Of a DNA stretch of 30,018 nt, positions 23,242 through 30,018 are shown one piece after another (the stretch's first letter is position 1; every line of letters begins with the position of its first letter). The DNA comes from Helicobacteraceae bacterium (GTDB taxonomy: Bacteria > Campylobacterota > Campylobacteria > Campylobacterales > Sulfurimonadaceae). A model generated the notes under the pieces. The model had not been told where the DNA came from, ran no database searches, and worked only from the letters and a program-made list of their open reading frames with translations. The stretch is from positions 1 through 30,018 of the forward strand of contig JALUJE010000106.1 in the NCBI GenBank assembly GCA_027057185.1, written 5' to 3'. The translations under genes were made by a program, and so were the position numbers.

Positions 23242-25740
23242 ATGACGTACAACACGGCACGGGTGCTAAGCACGATATTTGCGGCGGGAATTATTTTGAC
23301 AGGATGTGGGGGTAATGATCAAAGCGCTACAACAGCACCGTCTACCCAGGAGCTACGGGGTGCTTTAGTCAAAGGACCTATTTCAGGCGCGACGATTCGA
23401 GTGTACGATGCTGAACATAATGAAATTGCTACAACGACATCATCTGAAGGTACGTTTGTGTTACCGTCCATTGAACTTCAAAGTCGTTATTATATTATTG
23501 TAAGTGACGGGGGAACCTACACAGATGAATCCACACAAAAATTGGTTAGTATTCCTGCGGGAGAAGGGTTGCAAACCTTACTCACATCTGATGAAATTCA
23601 GGAAATGTTGGCACAACAGCAATGGATGGCATTAACTCCGGAGACGACCCTATTTTCAATATTGACTCAAAAAAAATTGTTAGAGTACAATCTCTCTGAG
23701 TCAATGTTTCAGGCTAACCGTGTTATTGATGATACCTTAATTAAAAACTCATCACCGATGCCTAATGTATCAGGTGATGTATTTACGAAACAAGGAGATT
23801 TGACGAAAGCACTTCCTGCAAACACAAATCAGGCTTTTGCAAAAAACAGGATTGTTGCTTATTCGGTCATGATGCGCAATTTGGGCATAGAACCCGTTCG
23901 GGTGTTTGAGATATTGACGAAGCTAACGGACGACCTTAAAGACGGTATGGCCGATGGCATCGATATTGACGGTAAAGAGATTGACATACCGCAGGAATAT
24001 GCTCTTGCTCGAACACAGCTTTTTAATGAAACCACCACTAAGTTGCGTGAAGGAAATTTAAGCAATGCCCAGACAGAGGCTCTGCGCATGATGGGATTTG
24101 ATGTTGACATGCTTCAAGCAGATAAAGACAAAAGCACCGATGCACTGGATGCTAAAGTGGCAACATACCTCAAGTCAACGACCTTACCGATGTTGCATAG
24201 GTTGGAAACCTTGATAGATGAAGATGGCAATCTCGAAGATACTGCGGCAACCTACACGCTAACAGCGCGTCACGATGTTAATGTTACCATAGAGACCCCT
24301 ACAGGATCCTGGATTACTCCTATGTGGCGGTATAACAACCAACCCCTGCCTGTTGTGATTCGAGCCAATCGTGGTACTGACATGACTTTGAATTTTAACA
24401 ATCAGTTGAATGCAGATTCTACGATCCATTGGCATGGCTTTAAAATTCCCGCCATTATGGATGGTGGTCCCGACGTGCCGGTTGCCTCAGGTCAGTCTAA
24501 AGCCTACGCCTTCACCATGCAGCAGCCGGCGGCACCACTCTGGTTCCATCCACATCCCGATATGCAGACCGGAAAGCAGGTCTATATGGGATTGGCCGGT
24601 GTATTTTTGCTTGAAGACACCATTAGTAAAGAACTCGAAGCTGATAATAAGCTTCCCTCAGGAACACGAGATATAGTATTGCTGATTCAAGACCGACGCT
24701 TTGCGGCAGAGTCACAAGGCGTTAGAGCCTTAGAGTATAAGACGATGCCGATGGATAGTGACGGGATGCTTGGTGATACCATTTTAGTAAACGGCTCGGT
24801 TATGCCCAAGTTTGAAGTCGGTACGGTTCAGTATCGATTGAGATTATATAATGTCTCCAATGCCAGAAGTTATGATTTTGCTTTTCATGATCACCGTATA
24901 TTTAAAGTGGTCGCCACAGATGGCGGTCTGTTAAAAGAGCCGGTAACGGTGGATCATATTACTCTAGGAGCTGCAGAGCGTGCAGAAATAGTTGTAGACT
25001 TTTCACAAGACGCCGTTGGTTCAAAGGTGGTGATGGTGAGCCAACCGGGCAAAGGGGATATCATGAACATGATGGGAACGATGGATACGTCCGGGAACAA
25101 TGTCTCGGGTATGAATCGGATGATGGACAATATGGGATCGGGCAATATGAGTACCCCAACGGGCAGTGGTATGTCAGATGCAGCAGAAGGGTTTGTGCTG
25201 ATGCGATTTGATGTGACCCATGAGGTAAAGGATGAGGTGAGACTCTATACGACATTGCCTTCACGTGCAGAAATCACCGGTCGATTGCAAGAGAATGACG
25301 CCGTTAATGCCGGCAATGAACGAGAGTTTGTTATGTCGATGGTTCGAGGAGGAAACAGTGCCATGGCATCTGATGGCATGAACATGCTTTTTACCATTAA
25401 TGGCAAATTGTTTGATATGAATCGGGTAGATGAGTTTATAGATGCCAATACCGTTGAGATTTGGAGTATTAAAAATATGTCACCCATGGCACACCCTTTT
25501 CATGCCCATGCCATTCAGTATCAGATTCTTGATCGAAACGGTGTTGCTGCATCCGGAGTCGATCTTGGATGGAAAGATACCTTTTTAGTGCAGCCTGGAG
25601 AGACTATTAGAATTATTGGTAAATTTGAACCGGTGAATCAGGGGGACTATATGTATCACTGTCATATTTTAGAACATGAAGATGCGGGCATGATGGGATT
25701 TTTTAGAGTGGGTGCTACCGGTAATGTAGGGAGTCGGTAA
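23242..25740 (+). CDS. Lipoprotein multicopper oxidase (CueO/laccase-like, Met-rich loop) with an N-terminal extension of about 300 aa
   Basis: Lipobox ILTGC. Copper motifs HWHG, WFHPH, HPFHAH and HCHILEHEDAGMM. Met-rich insert in the last third. Confidence 0.92.
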   Translation: MTYNTARVLSTIFAAGIILTGCGGNDQSATTAPSTQELRGALVKGPISGATIRVYDAEHNEIATTTSSEGTFVLPSIELQSRYYIIVSDGGTYTDESTQKLVSIPAGEGLQTLLTSDEIQEMLAQQQWMALTPETTLFSILTQKKLLEYNLSESMFQANRVIDDTLIKNSSPMPNVSGDVFTKQGDLTKALPANTNQAFAKNRIVAYSVMMRNLGIEPVRVFEILTKLTDDLKDGMADGIDIDGKEIDIPQEYALARTQLFNETTTKLREGNLSNAQTEALRMMGFDVDMLQADKDKSTDALDAKVATYLKSTTLPMLHRLETLIDEDGNLEDTAATYTLTARHDVNVTIETPTGSWITPMWRYNNQPLPVVIRANRGTDMTLNFNNQLNADSTIHWHGFKIPAIMDGGPDVPVASGQSKAYAFTMQQPAAPLWFHPHPDMQTGKQVYMGLAGVFLLEDTISKELEADNKLPSGTRDIVLLIQDRRFAAESQGVRALEYKTMPMDSDGMLGDTILVNGSVMPKFEVGTVQYRLRLYNVSNARSYDFAFHDHRIFKVVATDGGLLKEPVTVDHITLGAAERAEIVVDFSQDAVGSKVVMVSQPGKGDIMNMMGTMDTSGNNVSGMNRMMDNMGSGNMSTPTGSGMSDAAEGFVLMRFDVTHEVKDEVRLYTTLPSRAEITGRLQENDAVNAGNEREFVMSMVRGGNSAMASDGMNMLFTINGKLFDMNRVDEFIDANTVEIWSIKNMSPMAHPFHAHAIQYQILDRNGVAASGVDLGWKDTFLVQPGETIRIIGKFEPVNQGDYMYHCHILEHEDAGMMGFFRVGATGNVGSR

Positions 25741-26248
25741 ACAAAGAGGGCGCCTCGATGGACAAAAGATATTGTTTGGTTTGAACTCCTCCGGCATATC
25801 CAACGAGTTTACCATCGGTGCCAATAATACGGTGACACGGAATAATAATGGAAATGGCATTGGCTCCGTTGGCGTTGGCTACGGCACGAACGGCTTTGGG
25901 ATTGCCAATGGCAGTCGCAAGTTGCGCATAGGATGCGGTACTGCCAAAAGGAAGTGCCAGTAGTGCCTGCCACACCTGTTTTTGGAAGGGGGTGCCCACC
26001 GTCAACAGGGGGAGTTCAAAGGTTTGGCGCTTTAAATCAAAATATTCTTGAAGCTGTAGGCGTGTCTGTTGCAGTATGGGGGTGTCTTGAAAAACGAATG
26101 TGGCTTGCAGCGCTTGTTGCAACCGCGTGTCAATACATGTGCGCTTTGTTCGATAGCGCCAGTCTGCCAGACAGAGCGTATTGTTAAAAGAGCCTAAGAT
26201 GAGTTCTCCGACGGGACTCTTCCAGTATTGCAGTGCAATTGGCATCAT
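25715..26248 (-). CDS. ogt: Methylated-DNA--protein-cysteine methyltransferase
   Basis: GTPFQKQVW, PFGSTASY, AVRAVANANGAN, IPCHRIIG, LVGYAGG. Confidence 0.96.
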   Translation of the reverse strand: MMPIALQYWKSPVGELILGSFNNTLCLADWRYRTKRTCIDTRLQQALQATFVFQDTPILQQTRLQLQEYFDLKRQTFELPLLTVGTPFQKQVWQALLALPFGSTASYAQLATAIGNPKAVRAVANANGANAISIIIPCHRIIGTDGKLVGYAGGVQTKQYLLSIEAPSLFTDSLHYR

Positions 26249-26378
26249 GGAGCAACCTTTATCATGAGTGGATGTATGGTGATATTGTATCTCAAGATGG
26301 TTGAGATCGTTGTGATGTGCTTCTGTGACACTAGAAAAGTGTATGGTACGAATTCCAAAAGATACAAGGTTAATTGGC

Positions 26379-26384
26379 TATAAT
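26379..26384 (+). promoter_or_regulatory. Candidate -10 (TATAAT) for leuC
   Basis: Perfect TATAAT 32 bp upstream of the ATG; SD AAGGA. Confidence 0.5.
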
Positions 26385-26416
26385 TCGCGTAACTATTTAC
26401 ATGTAAGGAATTTTTA

Positions 26417-27679
26417 ATGGGACAGACCATTACTGAAAAAATCTTTTCTGAACACGTTGGTCGCGTGGTGCATGCGGGGGAGATTATTCGCTCACCCATT
26501 GATATGGTTATTGGTAACGATATTACGACTCCCATCTCTATTAAAGCATTTGAAGACAGCGGGGCGACGGCTCTTGCCAATCCTGATGGGTTTTCTATTG
26601 TGTTGGATCATTTTATTCCCGCTAAAGATATCGCTTCTGCCAATCAGGCACGTATCAGTCGTGATTTTGCCAAAAAACATCGGTTAAAAAACTTCTTTGA
26701 TGAGAAAGATATGGGCATAGAACATGCACTACTTCCGGAAAAAGGGCTGGTAGTTCCAGGTGATGTCATTATTGGTGCGGATTCTCATACCTGTACACAC
26801 GGGGCGTTGGGGGCTTTTTCAACCGGTATGGGGTCGACCGATCTGGCCTTTGCCATGATTACCGGAGGCAACTGGTTTAAGGTACCTGAGTCTATTAAAG
26901 TGGTGCTCTCGGGTAGACCGCAAGCGTTTACAACGGGTAAAGATATTATTTTAGAAATTATTCGCCTTATTGGTGTTGACGGTGCCCTCTATCAGACACT
27001 GGAATTTACCGGAAGCACCATAAAGCATTTGAGCATGGACGATCGTTTTAGTATGTGCAATATGGCAATTGAAGCAGGAGCCAAAAGCGGTATTGTTGCG
27101 TATGATGAGACGACCAAAGCCTTTTTAGCGGACAAACCTTTGGCGCGGGAGCCCAAAATCCATTATTCGGATGCCGATGCATCGTATGTTCGGATTCTTG
27201 AGATTGATGTGGCGGCATTAGAACCGGTGATTGCTTACCCGTTTTTGCCAAGTAACGGACATACATTAACTCAGGCAGTTGCAGATAACATTAAAATTGA
27301 TCAGGCGTTTATTGGGAGTTGTACTAACGGGCGGCTTTCTGATCTTAAAATTGCTGCCGAGATACTCAAAGACAATCGGGTTCATGAGGATGTCCGTTTG
27401 ATTGTTACTCCCGGAACGCAGCAAATTTTACGTGAAGCAAACCGGTTGGGTTATATTGACACCATTGTCGATGCCGGTGGTGTGGTGTCCAACCCAACGT
27501 GCGGTGCCTGTTTGGGTGGTTACATGGGCATTTTGGGTGACAATGAAGTTGCCATCTCCACCACTAACCGTAATTTTGTCGGACGTATGGGCAGTCGTAG
27601 CTCTAAAGTCTATTTGGCAAATGCCGCCGTGGCGGCAGCATCTGCAATTACGGGTAACATTAGCGCCCCAACACGCTAG
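26417..27679 (+). CDS. leuC: 3-isopropylmalate dehydratase large subunit (short, homoaconitase-like type)
   Basis: MGQTITEKI, IEHALLPE, GADSHTCTHGALGAF, GSCTNGR, PTCGACLG, STTNRNFVGRMG. Confidence 0.9.
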   Translation: MGQTITEKIFSEHVGRVVHAGEIIRSPIDMVIGNDITTPISIKAFEDSGATALANPDGFSIVLDHFIPAKDIASANQARISRDFAKKHRLKNFFDEKDMGIEHALLPEKGLVVPGDVIIGADSHTCTHGALGAFSTGMGSTDLAFAMITGGNWFKVPESIKVVLSGRPQAFTTGKDIILEIIRLIGVDGALYQTLEFTGSTIKHLSMDDRFSMCNMAIEAGAKSGIVAYDETTKAFLADKPLAREPKIHYSDADASYVRILEIDVAALEPVIAYPFLPSNGHTLTQAVADNIKIDQAFIGSCTNGRLSDLKIAAEILKDNRVHEDVRLIVTPGTQQILREANRLGYIDTIVDAGGVVSNPTCGACLGGYMGILGDNEVAISTTNRNFVGRMGSRSSKVYLANAAVAAASAITGNISAPTR

Positions 27680-27697
27680 ATGTTGTAGTGCAATCGT

Positions 27698-28807
27698 ATG
27701 AGTATGACCTTTCCTCTGATAGTCACACTCTTTTTTGCATTGGTGCACTATTTGGGCTATACACGGGTAGTGGCGTCTTTAGAAGTCACATTGCGTACGA
27801 AAACCCTGTTGATATACCTGTTGCTACTCAATATGTTGGGAATTGTGGGGTACCTTCTTAGTCGCTATACCTTCGCTCCGCCAAAAGAACTCTATTTTAT
27901 GTTATCGCTGAGTATCGGTGCCGGATTTGTACTGCTGGTGGGTATTATGGTGTATGAGATGCTTCGTCTGTTGCAGCGTCTTACCCCGTTTCGCGAGGAG
28001 AAACGCGCGTTTTTTAAGCGCAGCAGTGATGCAGGATTTTTAGCATTGGGCGGTGCCTATTTCGGTGGGAGTATCTATGAGGGGAGTAAGGCACCGGTAG
28101 TACAGCATGTCGAAATTGATCAGCAGCGTTTTGGAGGCGAGAGCTATACGATTGTACAAATCAGTGATCTGCACATTGGTGGCTTGATTGATCGGGACTT
28201 TGTTGCTCAAAGCGTTGCTGCCATTAATGCTTTGAATCCCGATGTTGTTACCATTACGGGCGATATTAGCGATGCCCCTGTCGAGATTGTTGCTGAGGCA
28301 CTCAATGAATTGCGTGGCATTAAGAGTCGTTTGGGCACGTATTATGTGGTTGGAAATCATGAGTATTTTCACGGTATTGACGAGACCATTGCCTACATCA
28401 AAGGACTGGGGATTCACGTGCTTGAGAACGCTGCATTCAAATGTGAGCAATTTTATATTGTGGGTGTGTATGATGTGTTTGGTTACCGAGTGGCCCATCA
28501 TGAACCTGATATTGTCGCTGCAATGACTGGGGTTCCATTGGATGCCCCCACCCTGTTGTTGGCGCATCAGCCCAAATATCTTGACTATCTTGAGGGGTTT
28601 ACGCCGTCATTAATGCTGAGTGGCCATACCCACGGCGGGCAAATTTGGCCGTTTCACTATGCCGTGCGTCTGGTGCAGCCCTACGTCAAAGGATTGCATG
28701 TTTTGGGGACGCGGCGGCACATTTATGTGAACAGCGGCATTGGATTTTGGGGACCGGCAATGCGTATGGGATCGCAGGCAGAAATTACATGTATTTTATG
28801 GAGTTGA
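27698..28807 (+). CDS. Membrane-anchored metallophosphoesterase (YkuE-like)
   Basis: Three or four N-terminal TMs; SDLH, TGD, GNHE, LAHQP, SGHTHGGQ. Confidence 0.93.
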   Translation: MSMTFPLIVTLFFALVHYLGYTRVVASLEVTLRTKTLLIYLLLLNMLGIVGYLLSRYTFAPPKELYFMLSLSIGAGFVLLVGIMVYEMLRLLQRLTPFREEKRAFFKRSSDAGFLALGGAYFGGSIYEGSKAPVVQHVEIDQQRFGGESYTIVQISDLHIGGLIDRDFVAQSVAAINALNPDVVTITGDISDAPVEIVAEALNELRGIKSRLGTYYVVGNHEYFHGIDETIAYIKGLGIHVLENAAFKCEQFYIVGVYDVFGYRVAHHEPDIVAAMTGVPLDAPTLLLAHQPKYLDYLEGFTPSLMLSGHTHGGQIWPFHYAVRLVQPYVKGLHVLGTRRHIYVNSGIGFWGPAMRMGSQAEITCILWS

Positions 28808-29084
28808 AACAGCGACAGGATTATCAGCAGCAAGGATATATCCCCATCAAATATAGTGCTTAATCCAATACACATAAGGTCTCTCTGTAGAATAGCTGCA
28901 GTGTTTAAAATGAATTTTATCTCTTACAATATCTAACAGTTTTTTTTCACTTGCATTGTACACCTCCACTTAAGCAACATTTTGTGTGTTATTGCCAAAT
29001 TGTCATATTTTTAATAATTAATGCACAAATAATATGTTTGTTAATGTTACGTTTTATAGTTGATTTGTGTAAAATGTGCTTGAA

Positions 29085-29129
29085 TAAAGAGTTGCCTCGG
29101 ACGCTTTGCTTACCGTTAGCTAAAGAGTT
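29085..29129. repeat. 9-bp direct repeat TAAAGAGTT flanking a 27-bp GC-richer insert
   Basis: TAAAGAGTT occurs at 29085-29093 and 29121-29129, around GCCTCGGACGCTTTGCTTACCGTTAGC. Confidence 0.5.
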
Positions 29130-29145
29130 AAAAAAAAGGAATGTA

Positions 29146-30018
29146 ATGCCATTAGATTTATCTGAATCGCTTGTAATAGGAATATCTGCTACTGCTTTAT
29201 TTGATTTATCAGAAGCAGATAAAATATTTAGAGAAAAAAAGGACCAAGACCCGGAAACTGCCATAGAAGAATATAGAAAATATATGCTTGAAAATGAAGA
29301 TAAACCATTAGAAGATGGAGAAAACCCAATTGTTGAAGTAATTGTTATGTCTAGGAATAGTCCAGAAACAGGTTTTAGGGTGCTTAATGAAATCAGAAGA
29401 AGAGAATTAAAAATTTCTAGGTCGGCGTTTACAGCAGGAGAATCTAATGTAGATTATCTTGAAGCGTTTTATGGTGATTTATTTTTAACAACTAGTGAAA
29501 GTGACGCTCAAAAAATTGTTGATAGTAATGTTTGTGCCGCAGCAATTGTTAAAGTAGCACCAAAAACAAGTGAACATTTAGATGAAAATCAAGTTCGTTT
29601 TGCATTTGATGCAGATGCTGTTATTTTTAGTGAAGAAAGTGAACTTATCAATCAAACAGATGGTTTACCAAGTTTTCATAAGAATGAAGATAATAAACAA
29701 GATATTCCTTTACCAATGGGTTCACATGCAAAATTATTAATTAAATTATCAAAAATGCAAGAACGACTGCCTGGTCGCATTGAATTTTCACCAGTTAAAC
29801 TCGCGATAATGACAGCTAGAAATAGTCCAGCAGAAATGAGGGTAATAAAAACACTTAGAGATTGGAATGTATATGTTGATGAAGTTTTTTTTCTTGGCGG
29901 ACTACAAAAAAGCCGTTTTTTAAAAGCTTTTAAGCCACATATATTTTTTGATGACCAAGACTCTCATTTAGACCCAGCTTCAGGAGATATTCCATCTGCC
30001 AAAGTTCTTTATCCTAGT
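29146..30018 (+). CDS. 5'-nucleotidase (PF06189-type, HAD fold); 3' truncated by the window and absent from the ORF track
   Basis: Manual translation gives 291 codons with no stop: MPLDLSESLVIGISATALFDL, VMSRNSPETG, SRSAFTAG, AFDADAVIF, TARNSPA, FLGG, KPHIFFDDQ. SD AAGGA. Confidence 0.9.
   Translation, partial: MPLDLSESLVIGISATALFDLSEADKIFREKKDQDPETAIEEYRKYMLENEDKPLEDGENPIVEVIVMSRNSPETGFRVLNEIRRRELKISRSAFTAGESNVDYLEAFYGDLFLTTSESDAQKIVDSNVCAAAIVKVAPKTSEHLDENQVRFAFDADAVIFSEESELINQTDGLPSFHKNEDNKQDIPLPMGSHAKLLIKLSKMQERLPGRIEFSPVKLAIMTARNSPAEMRVIKTLRDWNVYVDEVFFLGGLQKSRFLKAFKPHIFFDDQDSHLDPASGDIPSAKVLYPS

Noticed and set aside
26289-26307. Inverted repeat ATCTCAA-N5-TTGAGAT between ogt and leuC
   Set aside because: It is only 7 bp in an AT-rich region and could arise by chance, although it touches the candidate ogt -10 (TACAAT, 26284-26289 minus).
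26417-27679. leuC without adjacent leuD as a sign of a novel aconitase-family pathway
   Set aside because: Separation of leuC from leuD is, as I recall, usual in free-living Campylobacterota, and the motifs are standard.
79-29264. The many 60-175 aa alternative-frame and antisense ORFs in the track (e.g. 2394..2915, 16332..16763, 28040..28567, 28989..29264)
   Set aside because: They lie within or opposite well-supported genes and show no recognisable motifs or SD support, so they are shadow ORFs.
1-30018. CRISPR arrays, tRNA/rRNA, transposases, in-frame Sec codons
   Set aside because: I saw no periodic repeats, cloverleaf structures or DDE/recombinase ORFs, and the genes examined end at ordinary stops.

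Overview
This is a roughly 44% GC chromosomal segment. It probably comes from a motile, free-living Campylobacterota organism (Sulfurimonas/Sulfuricurvum-like), an inference from gene content, promoter style and the short-type LeuC. From left to right it contains: (1) a periplasmic molybdoenzyme operon of unknown substrate, made of a partial rhodanese, a TAT-exported type II DMSO-reductase-family alpha subunit closest in motifs to SerA/ClrA, an Fe-S beta subunit, a heme-b gamma subunit fused to cytochrome c, a small Cys-rich exported protein, a TorD-type chaperone and a polyferredoxin; (2) a convergent moaC-DUF493-coiled-coil operon; (3) a cytochrome P460/c'-beta-like heme protein and a chemoreceptor behind a near-consensus sigma28 promoter; (4) a MORN-repeat protein; (5) a HAD-gluP-mutarotase operon; (6) a convergent peptidoglycan-recycling cluster (exported NagZ-amidase fusion, Na+/solute symporter, anmK, amgK, ypfJ, murU); (7) a VOC protein, a lipoprotein multicopper oxidase with an extra N-terminal domain, ogt, leuC and a metallophosphoesterase; (8) an abrupt shift to about 30% GC with a partial 5'-nucleotidase that the ORF track missed. 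I saw no rRNA, tRNA, CRISPR array or transposase. All family assignments come from motif recognition, and no database search was run.
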